From Eukaryota sp. TZLM1-RC (taxonomy: Eukaryota; Protista; Metamonada: BaSk clade), in NCBI GenBank assembly GCA_040285825.1, contig JAUPSS010000004.1, positions 5,423,784-5,487,783 of the forward strand: DNA of 64,000 nucleotides, written 5' to 3'. How positions within the stretch are numbered: position 1 is the first letter of the stretch; each line of letters begins with the position of its first letter. The position numbers and the translations under genes are program-made. Below the pieces are notes generated by a model. That model saw nothing but the letters and a program-made list of their open reading frames with translations, was not told where the DNA came from and searched no databases. This document shows, one piece after another, positions 1-11,384 of this stretch.

Positions 1-2996
1 GGCGTAACATAGTATCTTCTTCTTAAACGTTGGAAAAACAGCTCTGAACTTTGAACAACAGATTCATGAATTTCGACACAAACTCTTGCCACATCATCAA
101 CTACATCACGTGATGTGGCGTCATCATTTTGACTCTTTGTCACATCACCATTCAAATCAACTTTGCCTAGAAAATGCTTAGCAACTGACAACAAAGCAGT
201 TGCTGGCCATGGTTCAAACCAATCAATCGTACAACAATTAATTAAAGAGGGAAACTGTCTACAATTTCTCCTGAAAGAGTCTCCAACAGGCGACATGCAT
301 AGCACAACATGAAGATTATCACGAACTCGTTGAATAAACTGATGGTAAATAGCATCTCTGGTCTCAGACAAACCGAGTTCTCTGATAATAGGTCGCATTT
401 GAGTAATTAATTCTTCATAATCTTCATTTTCGTAGAGATTAGGTACCTCTCCTGAATTTAAAATATTATTGACATCTTCAAGAAAAGAATCATCAACTAT
501 TTGAGAATCTGTCAATAGAAACACCACTGATTTACCTTCAATTCCAGCCTTGTTGTACATAGACCTCAGGTCTTCTCTAAAATTTGAAATTCCATAATTA
601 CGAGTTAATTCGATCCTAAATAAATCAAATTCGGCAACATGGGCAGCTAATCGAGTTAATGACTGTTTTCCGCTGCCCCCGACCCCCACCAGCAAAGCAT
701 TTCCTCTTGGCTGTCTAAGAATACGGGAAATTCGGCAAATATGCTTAATCGCATCCTCAAAAAACACCAAGTCCATTTCATTAGAATTAGAAACATTATA
801 ATCTTCAAGAGAGTCCCTCAAAACTTTAATCAATTTCTCCCAATCTTTAACTTGTTGGTAAGGCTTGATGTCCAAACCTGCATGTGCTGTAAGATCTGAA
901 AAAACCAGAGGAACTTCTGAAGCGAAAAGTTCATCATAATCCCATAACACAGATAAGTGCTTCTTGGCAAGATCAAAAAGAGTTTTCTTGAACCATTCTC
1001 GATCTCCTTCTTCTACTAACCGATCATGGAAAACTCTCATTGATTCGTGAGACCACAAACGAACAAATGAGTCACCATCAGTACAATGAGAAGGCTCAAT
1101 CATGGTTACTCCTTGAATTACTTTGCTTAAATCTCGTAAATTAAACGTGTAATGGGATTTAGAAGGTGTTGGTCTCATTTGGGAAAGCACAAGATTGTAA
1201 ATGTCAATGGAAGCATGTACAGTGTTTCGAGACATGTCAATGATCTCTTTTTTGAAATTTTTGGCTTCTAAATACCCTGACAAGAGACAACCAAATATTC
1301 TTCCCAATACTGCTTCACTTGGCTGAGGAATCACAAATTGATTGAAATGACGAATGACACGTGGAGTGACGTCACTACGACCCCCACCAGGTGGTGCACA
1401 AGCAGCAATCATCGACATTGATTGGATTGATAACCAGTTTCCTTTACTTCTGTCGTAAAATCCAGAATAGTCAAGTATTTGTCTTAATAATTCAATAGGA
1501 GGTTGAGCACCATAAACTTCTTTTTTCGGCATATTTAGATCATCTATAAATAAACATACACTTTTACTTAACCCTGCAGGTCCCAAAATTCCTTTCCTTT
1601 TCTGCTCAAGCTTCATTTCTAACATGTCCTGAGTCCTATTAGCTGAAGTTTGGGCGGAAAAAGTTAAAGATATTGTCGAAACCGCGCTCGAATTGGTGAT
1701 TTTATCAAGTGAATCAGAAATTATAACAGTCTTTCCAACCCCAGAACCTCCAGTAAATAAAACAGGATTAAAGGTAGACTGCAACTTACTCAACAAGTAA
1801 GAATACCTAACAGTATCAATAGTGGGGACTAGAGCTGAAAAGTAAGGTAAGTTAGGATTATACTGGTATTCCTCCACAGAGTTCTCCCAAGGCACCAACT
1901 CATTGGTTTCAAAACAAACTCTATAATCAAAGACACAGCCATTGACGGGGAATATTGAACCCAATAAATCAGATATAAATAAATCAAACTCAGGTCGAGT
2001 TTTTTCAGACAAAACTGCACCAAAAGACCAAGTGACGGAAAAGCCGAAAACTAAGTTGATAATGTTGGTTAAATATTGATAATGATCATCCCGAAATTTT
2101 TGTTCATCTTCTTCAGTGATCTCTTCTTCGGTTGGGGGTAATTTAAATTCAATAGAAATCCCATTATCTGAACGGAAAAGTGAAGCAAATATTTTAGTAA
2201 ATGAAATAACCAGATTGAGATCAGTTGGTTTAATATAATATTCACCTTTTTGAGCCAAAAAATTAAAAATTTTGTCAAAAAACTTTTCCATCAAATCACT
2301 AATCTGCCCAGTAATCACTTCCTTATCAGTGAACTCTTCTCCCAAAAATTCAGCACTTTTCAACCAACTATCCATAAAAGTCCTCCAAGAAAGATCACTT
2401 GGATCAACGTAAACCATACCACAACGAGAAACAGTAGCAGGAGAGGCAACAGCAAGATCAGCAACCTCAAACACCATAGACATTTGAGGGGAAAGTTTGA
2501 TTCGTAAACCATTGGCGAGACAGAGCATTTTGTTATCATCCAATACTGTATTCATGTTCTCAATCCAGAGGGCGTCAACAGGTCCATCAAATACCACCCA
2601 ATGTTTTTCTAATGACTGGTCTTGAGTAGCGTTGAGTACTAGATGGGTGACTACACCATTCTTCCAGTCCTTGGTGAGGGGGTTGACTTCTCCGTAAAGC
2701 TGGCCCATTGTGATAGACTTGGGGTTGAGATAGTGGGTGTGAACTCTTGTGTAATTAGGGTTTCCCTGGCTTCCAAGAAGTGACATTGCTTTGGCAAGGG
2801 TTTTAATGATGACACTTTTACCAGAGAGAGTAGGACCCACTACCATGCATCCATGACGCACTTGAAGGGTTTGATGAAGCTGTATGATTTTGGAGATTTG
2901 TTTCGAAGAAGGAGTAAGACCTTCATTACGGAGAACCTCCCCGATAGCAGACCCAAAAGCCCTGGCATCTACTAAGGAGGGCTTGTCAGAGGTCAT
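1..2996 (-). CDS. DNAH6: Axonemal dynein heavy chain (DNAH6-like), C-terminal part: AAA2-AAA4 onward; runs off the window edge
   Basis: Frame opens at ATG 2996, directly preceded by an in-frame TAA. Reads MTSDKPSLVDARAFGSAIGEVLRNEGLTPSSKQISKIIQLHQTLQVRHGCMVVGPTLSGKS (AAA2 P-loop), ...LVPTIDTVRY...GGSGVGKT (AAA3), GVGGSGKQS (AAA4), ...LRRRYYVTP at the edge. The same frame was checked at three points. It is absent from the ORF track, consistent with no stop before base 1. Confidence 0.9.
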   Translation of the reverse strand, partial: MTSDKPSLVDARAFGSAIGEVLRNEGLTPSSKQISKIIQLHQTLQVRHGCMVVGPTLSGKSVIIKTLAKAMSLLGSQGNPNYTRVHTHYLNPKSITMGQLYGEVNPLTKDWKNGVVTHLVLNATQDQSLEKHWVVFDGPVDALWIENMNTVLDDNKMLCLANGLRIKLSPQMSMVFEVADLAVASPATVSRCGMVYVDPSDLSWRTFMDSWLKSAEFLGEEFTDKEVITGQISDLMEKFFDKIFNFLAQKGEYYIKPTDLNLVISFTKIFASLFRSDNGISIEFKLPPTEEEITEEDEQKFRDDHYQYLTNIINLVFGFSVTWSFGAVLSEKTRPEFDLFISDLLGSIFPVNGCVFDYRVCFETNELVPWENSVEEYQYNPNLPYFSALVPTIDTVRYSYLLSKLQSTFNPVLFTGGSGVGKTVIISDSLDKITNSSAVSTISLTFSAQTSANRTQDMLEMKLEQKRKGILGPAGLSKSVCLFIDDLNMPKKEVYGAQPPIELLRQILDYSGFYDRSKGNWLSIQSMSMIAACAPPGGGRSDVTPRVIRHFNQFVIPQPSEAVLGRIFGCLLSGYLEAKNFKKEIIDMSRNTVHASIDIYNLVLSQMRPTPSKSHYTFNLRDLSKVIQGVTMIEPSHCTDGDSFVRLWSHESMRVFHDRLVEEGDREWFKKTLFDLAKKHLSVLWDYDELFASEVPLVFSDLTAHAGLDIKPYQQVKDWEKLIKVLRDSLEDYNVSNSNEMDLVFFEDAIKHICRISRILRQPRGNALLVGVGGSGKQSLTRLAAHVAEFDLFRIELTRNYGISNFREDLRSMYNKAGIEGKSVVFLLTDSQIVDDSFLEDVNNILNSGEVPNLYENEDYEELITQMRPIIRELGLSETRDAIYHQFIQRVRDNLHVVLCMSPVGDSFRRNCRQFPSLINCCTIDWFEPWPATALLSVAKHFLGKVDLNGDVTKSQNDDATSRDVVDDVARVCVEIHESVVQSSELFFQRLRRRYYVT

Positions 2997-3219
2997 TTAT
3001 TGTAAAGTATAGTCTTGTTTGAATGCAAAAACAATTCAATTAATTCAACTTGATTTAATTCAGGAAAACCTATATTTACAAAACACAACACACTAGATAA
3101 AAAAGTAAATGTACAATTAATTGAGGAAGAATTGCTTGTAGAGGTACAAGAGGCTTTTGAAACAATTAACTGAGAATCCACACAGGAAAACTTACAAAGT
3201 TCGATTACCCTCGATATCA

Positions 3220-3350
3220 GACCAATTGGTCTGGAAAAATCTCAGTCTCCAAAAATCAGCTGGAGATTGCAATCAGTGAGTATTTCCCAGGAACAAGGCC
3301 AGAACCATTCCGAAGACGAAGGCGTGCAAGACGTTTGAGAAGACAGCAGT
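3220..3350 (+). pseudogene. Fanzor/TnpB C-terminal remnant
   Basis: Translates NWSGKISVSKNQLEIAISEYFPGTRPEPFRRR, homologous to WSRDVSASLNQLEIAISEHYYGTRPEA at the end of the Fanzor at 14783-14977. Confidence 0.7.
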
Positions 3351-3486
3351 AGCTTCTTCCATCAACGTATTTCCAAGGTGTTTAGTGTATACTAACCCTT
3401 GGTGCTGAGAAGTTTACATCAGTGTTGGCGATATTTATTTAATTTGATGTGAAATTCACAGTTAATTCAACAATAAGAACAAGAAC

Positions 3487-5038
3487 TGTTGCCTTAGGTT
3501 GCAAAAGTGGTTGAGATAAAGATGATTGACATAAAGTGCATGACATAAAGTGCATGACATAAAGTTGATTTATTTTGCCCTTATTCTATTTAAGCCTAAA
3601 GGCGCCAACACTACTTCTTCCTTTTTTCAAAATTAATTAACTTTAAACTAATAACTAAACTATAAATATACAAAATACTAATAACTAAATTCTCATGTTT
3701 CCTGATGTCTACTATTATTTTCGCACTGGATTCACAAAAACACGCGTCTTACTTGTTGATAGTTGATGTATTATATCCCTTTAACAATAATGTAGAATAA
3801 AGGAGTGAGCAATAACGTAAAAGAACTGGTTCCAAGATCCATGTGTTTGAATACTTTGTTGTATTAGCTTTAGTCGTTACATAATGACGTTCTGCTTTTT
3901 CCTTTTTTTCGTAGACGAGTAACGTGGTAGTGTCGTTTAGTAAAGTTTTTATGGAATCGAATAATGGATTCGCTAATAAATATGCAGGGTCTATGATGGA
4001 CTGAAAACAACAGTAAACAAAGTAACAAAGTTCAAAAATCTGAAAAAGGCATCATTTGTTGTTAAAGTACTGCCTGTCTACAAAAATTGTTAAAGTGGGA
4101 GGGTTAAAATACATCGTCGTTCCCATTCGCTGGAAGAGGTGAGCTCGATGACTGTACCTGTATCCCATTACTTAACCTTGACTTTTTTTAAAAAAGGAAG
4201 GGGGGAGGGAGCAACTTCCGTATATCTGCCCTTGTAATTCATTATTGTTGGAGGTGGAGTTTGTAATCGTAACCTCGTACATTGAGTGGGGGAGGAGGAT
4301 TCTACACTAGAACCCTCGTAACCCGGTTTTTTGTTGTCGGTTTGATGGAGGAGGGGTCTATACCCGTAGCCTCATTTCCAGTGTTTGAAATCCAACGTTT
4401 CTACCTCTCTTTTGGATTTGCTTCCATAAAGGAGGGAGCTGCTCAAACAAACAGTAATCTGTAGGTTCAAGGTGCGCTTCTGTGTCCTTCATTATCTGTT
4501 GGCGAAGCTTTTTCTCTTCGTCGTCCATTTCTTCTAAGACGGACTGAAGTTTTTCGTAGTCCTTTAGAGCAGACGAAGTATCTGAGCTTAACCCAACATT
4601 TTCTTTAGGTGAGGAGGGGGGTGGTCCCGTTCCTGAAACCTTAATCAGGTTTGTTGGACATGGAAGAGGCGGGAGGTGGTTCCGTGCCTGGTTCCATATC
4701 TTTCTCATGAGGAGGGGCGGAGGGTGGTCTCGAGCCCGAGTCCTCTTCTTTATTTGACTCTTCAGTCCCTGCTGTTGTTGTACACATGCTCAAAGCATCT
4801 GTGTCGTACTGTTGCATCTGTCTAATGTAAAAAATTTGGCTGGAGTCAGTGTCCTGGCGAGGAGAGACTGACATGATATCCGCTGAAGATATCCTCTGTT
4901 TGATAGCTGTGAGTTGTGTGAACGGTATACCTATAACCTAATACGGCCAATAATTATTGTTGCCTTAGGTTGCAAAAGTGGTTGAGATAAAGATAATTTA
5001 TTTTCTATTCATATTATAAAAGCCTTAGGGCGCCAACA
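3487..5038 (-). mobile_element. Non-autonomous short-LTR retroelement (TRIM-like), LTRs 3487-3610 and 4958-5038
   Basis: Both LTRs read TGTTGCCTTAGGTTGC...GGCGCCAACA. 4-bp TSD GAAC on both sides (3483-3486, 5039-5042). Polypurine tract GAAAAAAGGAAGAAGTAG before the 3' LTR on the minus strand. Only short P/S/E-rich ORF fragments inside. Confidence 0.85.
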
Positions 5039-5329
5039 GAACAACAGAATCTTTAACTTGACAATTTATTCACAGCTTTCATCATTGTTGCTGCTAATGT
5101 TTGTTAGCCATGTTCAAATCTGTTGGATTTTTACTCAAAATTCTTATTAATTCTTATTAATTCTTATTTGCATATTCTTATTTTCATATCTAACATCAGC
5201 CAAGAACAATTCCCTGGAAGTTCCATTATCATTATTGTAATTTCAATGTGTTCCTTTTGCGTTGAATTCAGGTACATCTACAGCACATTACACATTACAA
5301 GATTAAGTATTTTATTTGAACCAAAGTTT

Positions 5330-5545
5330 TAATTACAACAGAAGAGACAAGAAAACCAGCATTATTCTCACATTCGTCAATCCAATCGCATTAATTCACA
5401 TCTCTATAATCAAAACCAAGATGTTTCTCTAGCAGTGTTTCGTTTAAAATAGTTCCCTGACAAGTGAGATTCTTGCATTGGTTGTTTTATTGAAAGCAGT
5501 GTCTCAAACAATATCATGTAAGCAGATTTAGAACCATTGAAAACA
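5330..5545 (-). pseudogene. Degenerate CRE-like non-LTR endonuclease fragment
   Basis: Broken translation ..LHDIV*DTAFN..ARISLVREL..ETL..GFDYRD..CDWIDE matches LHDAVRDTVFNMAQTARISCIKEPLLKETL..GSDDRGDVYCDWIDN of the ORF at 18269-19177. Confidence 0.6.
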
Positions 5546-6082
5546 TACTGTAATGTAAGTTACAAAGCAAAAGCAGTTGTCATTTAGTATCAATTGGTCA
5601 GTTTAAACATATAAATATTATTTCATTTTTTCCGCCTTTGGATTGAGTTGCATAATTTTGTTTTTACGCAAATACATGTCCTGGAATTGGGCACTGCTGA
5701 TTCATAACAGAATTGAAAAATACAAAATCAAAAGCCTAAACATAGAGACAAGTTGTGAATCAAACTGTACTTTACTTAAAGCATCCTGTCACATATTTTT
5801 TTTCACTTTGGTCAAGGGATGTTTACAAGATTCTCAAAATGTATTTATAAATATTCTACGCAAATGATTTCCTGATTCTTCAAATTCTCCAATTAAGCAG
5901 ATTTGAAATTTCCTACATGAAAATTTTTCATTACTAATTATTTGTCATCCAACTGTGACATAAATGAAATAATATGACAAAAAATGTACTAATAATTAAA
6001 GAATAGTTTATTATACAAGATGAATTAGTAAGGTTTCCCCAAAAAACAATAAAATTCCAAAATGCAAATGAAATCGCCAACA

Positions 6083-9000
6083 TTAACTATTAAATACACT
6101 CATTACAGCCTCAATAATAACATTATTTAAATCTTCTACTTCAATGCCTGGAAATAGATCAGAAAGAATACCTTTGAATAAAGATAAATCCTGAGCGGTA
6201 AACTTTGGTGAATTCTCAACATATAGCGCTTTGTAAACAAGCACTTCCTCCCCCAATTCAGGACTCTTTTGTCTCAGACTGCCTGCTGCCCTCAATGCTG
6301 TCTTGACGGCCCTCATACCAAAATCATAGTGATCTTGCTTTGATAATTGCTCAGAAGACAGTTTGTAAAGCTGTACCATTTTTCTAGCAAGTATCGAAGC
6401 CCTGGTAAAGCCAAGTGAGTAAAGTTCCACTTCAGCAATCAAAGCATAGTCTGGGACCATCATAGCTACAGGTCTAAATAAAACTGGAATTAGAAAAAGA
6501 AGGGAAAATCAAACCTTGTAAATTGTCAGGAAGTTCAGTTCTTCCAGCATAACCAGGATTCATAGTGATAAAGACCCCACAGTTTGGATTGAGCGGAATT
6601 CTGCCACACCCGCCAAATTCAAATGTTTGGCTTTCACTAAGAATAGCTGAACGAATGGTTAAAACTTGTTGCGCGACAACAGAAAGTACCTCCAGCCCAA
6701 TACGATTAAACTCGTCCAAACAGGTCCAAGCTCCTGCCTGCACCAACCCTGCAAACAAACGTTCCATCATTAAGCAATCAATCTGTTCTGAACAGTTAAA
6801 AACTACGCACAACCTTCCCAAAGCCTTTGCCAAATCCTTGACAGTTTCTGTCTTACCAGTTCCAGCGGGGCCAGCAGGAGCTCCGCCTAGTTTATTGTGA
6901 AGGGCGGAAGTGAGGGTAATGTAGCACTTATCAGTAAGAGGGGTAATGACAAGTCTGCCAGTGCATCCGAGGTACTCATAACCATAAGTAAAGTATGTAT
7001 TGGTTTGACGAACTTCACACGTATCATGATCAGATGACCAGTAGTATCGAAGTCTCTTCGTCCAACCAAAATCATTAACACTACCAACTTCTTCATCAAT
7101 CATGTCTTGGACAATGTCTCTATTATGAACGGAGATGGTGATTAAAGCGACGATGGCATTACGGTGGAGTTCCGAGATATTGCCCTGAACAACAGAAGAA
7201 AGCTGGTTTAAAAAGTTGGTATTGGATTTCAAAATTTGATGAAGCATTTCCCCACTTGTCATATCACTTGTCTCTGACACGTTGACAAGCCCTTCAGTGA
7301 TCTCTTTACACCAAAATATTTGCACAACTCCAATAATAATCTGCGCAGGTGTAGACAACAGCCAATCCTCAAGACTTTTTTCTTGGTATTCAGCTATAGC
7401 ATTTCTAAAGATCTTTCGCAAACTCTCCCTCATTCCACTTTGAACGTCCATCAACCATTTACACACCTCACCTCTGGCCTTGATTCTGGGAAGCGGAACC
7501 TCTTCTCCTTCGGCTGAGATCATGGAGGTAATGAGAGAGGAAGAGCCATCTTTTGTGAAGGAAAGTTTGTTAATACCATCAAAACATTTTCTTAAATGTG
7601 GTTGGACGGCTTCTGGATTGCGGGCTTGACTCAGAATTTCCAAAAGTTCATCATTAGAAAGGAAATAAAATCTTGGAAATGCTGCTCTTTTCTTTTCCAA
7701 ATAATTATCAAGTGCTTTCTGAATTTTCTCCAAAGCAGCATTATTTTTCTTGAATGTTTGTAAAAGATTAGGATTTGAACACAGTCCCAAAGCATTTGGT
7801 AATTCTCTTGTCTGTTTCATAACTTCTCTCCATGAATAATCCACTTTCTGGAATAACTTACTTTCTTCTGGTAATTGTTTGCTAATGTCTGGAGCACTGA
7901 AGATATTCTCCAAATAAATCCAATTACGCTGACACTCTAACCATTCATCAAGTGTTTCTTGGAACAAGTTTAGTTTTGCTTCCCATTCTTCAACTTGAGA
8001 TTCAACAGCAGAAACATACCTTGAACCCCGCATTGTGGACAAAAGCTGTTGATTATCCTCCAGTAAAGTTACAATATCCTCAACAGTAGATATAATGAAT
8101 AGTTCTTTTGAATCACGATGATTAACCAATTGTAGATTGACCTCAGTCCAACCATCTTCTATCTGCTTGATTAATTCTTCTAAATTTGCTTCATTTGTGG
8201 CTTCCAAAGCAACGGCATTAATGTCAGGAGCATGTTTGACAGCTCCATGTTGAATCAGCCAATCAAAAGTGAGCTCTTCTTCTGAAGGAAATTTCAAACC
8301 AAATATTTGTTCAATTTTTTGCCGATGTCGTAACTTAAGCTTTTCATTTCTCAAGTCTACAACTACTGGTAATGATTGTTTAAAAACCTCCACTGCTTTC
8401 TTGAATTTGGACGCCATGACATTCTTTTCAAGTCCACGTTCAATTTTACTTGCAGATTTGAAGTAGTTTTGAACTTCCTGTTGCATGGAGTCTGTATCTA
8501 AGGAAGAAAAGGGAACAGAAAGCCAATGAGAGGTAATATTAGTCCATTCACGGTAGCTTGTCCATAATGCATGTTTTAAAGAAACCTCGTCCATCATCGA
8601 CAACACGTCATCATATTCTTCGGGATTCTCGAGGACTGCCAGCTCAGCAGCAAACCTCGAGTAATTCTTACTTCTCGCCTCAATCTCTTTGGCTTGGTTG
8701 TACAAATCATCCACAAAAATCACAACTTCATTTAAATTAGCTTCAGGATCAGAAAGAATAGGATCTTGGGCAGTGTTGCAAACTTCAACTACATCAGAAT
8801 GAAGATTCTTAATTAAAACTTCCAATTCTTTTGAAAATTTGTCTATACCGTCTTCTTTTTTAGTTTCAGCAACGTCAAGAGCATTGATCACGTCATCATA
8901 TTCAGCTGTGAGGTTTCTAAAAACTGCAAGGTCAATATCATCTACCTTCATTGAATAGTCTTGAATTAAATGGTAAAATTTTCGAACTTCTTCAAATCTC

Positions 9001-10863
9001 GACTTGAAAGCTTCCAAATTTTCAGTAGTGATCCTTATATGATCCAAAAACCCAATAAACTCTTCAACAGAGCCACAATTATCCCTTAAAATTCTGGATG
9101 TTTCCTGCAAATCATTAATCAAAGCTTGATTCTTGTCTCTTGCAAGGTTAGGCAAAACTTCTTGAATTTGCTCCATACATCTTGAAGGAGAAGGAATGAA
9201 GGAATTAATAAAAGGTTCCAGGTTAATAATTACACCACATACTACAGTTTGGGAAGGAATTTCGCCAATTTCTGTTAATTGAGACCTATATTTAGCTAAT
9301 TCTTCTGAAAAATATTCAAGCGTAAGTGATTCTTGGGGTACTGAGTGAATGTCAACCTTGGAGTTTTCTTCCATCATGTCAAAAAACTTGTGGAATTCCA
9401 ACGACTTCTTGTCCAGATTACCAAATATATAATGAATTGAATCTCGAATTACTTTAACGTATTGCTTATATTCAAATGAATCTCTAATCATTGAAACCAA
9501 AACTGTTGAAGCATGATCAGGACTAGGGGCACCAAGAGAAATACCTAAATCCTGCGAGAAAAAGGAAATAAAATGGTCATGGGAAACCATTGAGCGATAA
9601 GAAGTAATGGTGTTCTTAAAATCGTCAAGAATTTCCTTGAAAAGATCTAAAAATTGATTGGACTGTGGTTGGATTATAACTTTTGATTGAGGATCACTGA
9701 CAAGTTGGGTGACAAGAAAAGGCTCATTCGAGCTCATTTCTGAAAATTTGGCAATATTAACATCGGAAAAAAAGCCTAAACGAGCCGCATACTTACCAAT
9801 ACCTCTCAATGTCATTGTGTAAAGAGAATCAAATACCAAGTAATCAACGAGCCTAATAAATGACATTAACCTTCTGCACTCAGCTCTTCGCGTTGCCATT
9901 TCTTGATAGGAAAGTGCTCTTCCACCATTGATGGTAACAGATTTTTTGTTGGAATTGTGTGAAAATTTGGCAGGATCTTGACTTGAGCTCTTCTCAGTTT
10001 GTAACATTCCAGCTGTAATGCTTTCTTCACGATTGATCTTGACTAACGTGTCAATGACGTCATCACAGACATCCTTAAGCAGATCAGTTAAAAAATTAAA
10101 AATTTCAAGTAATTTGTCAGAAACACGTGCTACCGACTCTTTATGCCGTGATCCCAACTGGAAAATTTCAAAAGTGTCACCTGAGCTCACATTTGTCAAG
10201 TCCAAGTTCCTAATTACTTCACACTGCCCCTGAACAGACACCAAACATTTGTGGAAAACAGGACTCATCATAAACAAAGAATTGGAGAGTTTGGTTTCTG
10301 CATTGGAAAACTTTGTACGTCTTACAGTTTTTTTCCATCCGTGAAAGCTTTTCCATAGTGAACATTTCTTAAATAATGGTATTTGAATGAGTTTGGAAAA
10401 GATTCTACGATGCCTAAGCCACGTGTTAAGCTCCACAAACTCTGTTGTAGTGGGAGTAAAGTGTGTAATGCCCTTAGTTGAGATTGTGTAATAGTTGTCT
10501 GGATCTACCTCGGAAAATGGGACTATGAGAAGGTCGTAAGGGTTGAATGTAGTGGTGGAGGCATTGATGAGATATCGAAAGTCGATAGTGTCGGGATTGG
10601 CCTTGAGAAACGATATGAAGGAAGTTAGGGATTCATGAGAAGATTGTTTAGAAGAAGAAGGGGTGTTGGAAGGAAGATTGGTGGAATCAGAGAAACGGCG
10701 TTTAGGAGGAATAAGGGAAGTACTGATGGTCTGCAATGAGCAAATTGTAATATCATACTGATGATAGACGACCTTTTTTGATAGAAGAAGATAAGGTCTT
10801 CCCAACAGAAGCAGAAGAAGGAAATTGAAGTCGTGCTACAAGATTGATAGTTTCATCGTTCAT
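6083..10863 (-). CDS. DNAH6: Axonemal dynein heavy chain (DNAH6-like), N-terminal part: tail, linker and AAA1; introns 10731-10758 and 6484-6514; about 1573 aa
   Basis: Motifs FPRFYFLSNDELLEIL, YGYEYLG..RLVITPLT, GPAGTGKTETVKDL, DEFNRI, NPGYAGRTELPDNL, QDHYDFGMRAVK. Removing two GT-AG introns (28 and 31 nt) gives one frame from ATG 10863 and restores PDNLQVLFRPVAMMVPDY. Ends DLFPGIEVEDLNNVIIEAVMSVFNS*. Confidence 0.9.
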
Positions 10864-11243
10864 TGGAAGGAGAACTGGAAGGGCGGTTATTCAACAATGG
10901 AAGACCTGTGATTTTCATTCTAAATGCATACTCTCTCTACTCTTTCCACAATAAATCCGTATCTTTAATTTTCATTTTTCAATGAATAACCTTCCTACCA
11001 CACCTGACAATAACTCACATCCTTCTCCTAATGCCAACACCTCAATGACATTTCCTGATGAGGCATCAACAATTCTTGAATACCAAGGGTTAGGCTAACT
11101 CATCATGTTCCATCAAGAAGTCGTAATTGTGTGGCATTAATATGTTTGTGAGTCGTAGGAGAAAGGAAGAAATTGGTGGCGGGACTGTTGGTGGTGGAAC
11201 GAATTTCAGAAATGAATTATGCACTACACAAGAAAACCCCAGA

Positions 11244-11269
11244 CTGTTAGGTTGAATAATAATCCCTCT
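11244..11269 (+). repeat. Putative terminal inverted repeat (5' end) of a Fanzor element
   Basis: CTGTTAGGTTGAATAATAATCCCTCT, 24/26 identical to 24374-24399. Confidence 0.6.
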
Positions 11270-11384
11270 CAGTTTCGTTGACATTTTTCACTATGTACTG
11301 ATTTGTGTCACAATTTACTATATCTTTTTAGCTGAAACACTTCTTTTACGAAGATTAGTCAACGATTCGGTCTAGTTTGATAAA

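Larger units (their letters stand above)
3420..6085. mobile_element. Putative hAT-like TIR element remnant containing nested LTR and non-LTR fragments
   Basis: Terminal inverted repeat CAGTGTTGGCGAT (3420-3432) versus revcomp TAATGTTGGCGAT (6073-6085), 11/13 match. No TSD seen. Confidence 0.45.

Noticed and set aside
1829-2507. Short ORFs in the track overlapping dynein (also antisense ORFs over Gypsy, ABCG, CIA1 and Fanzor)
   Set aside because: Shadow frames of longer, motif-supported coding regions.
11090-11284. 64-aa ORF as dynein exon 1
   Set aside because: A better start exists at 10863 with a rule-conforming 28-nt intron, and this ORF overlaps the putative Fanzor terminal repeat.
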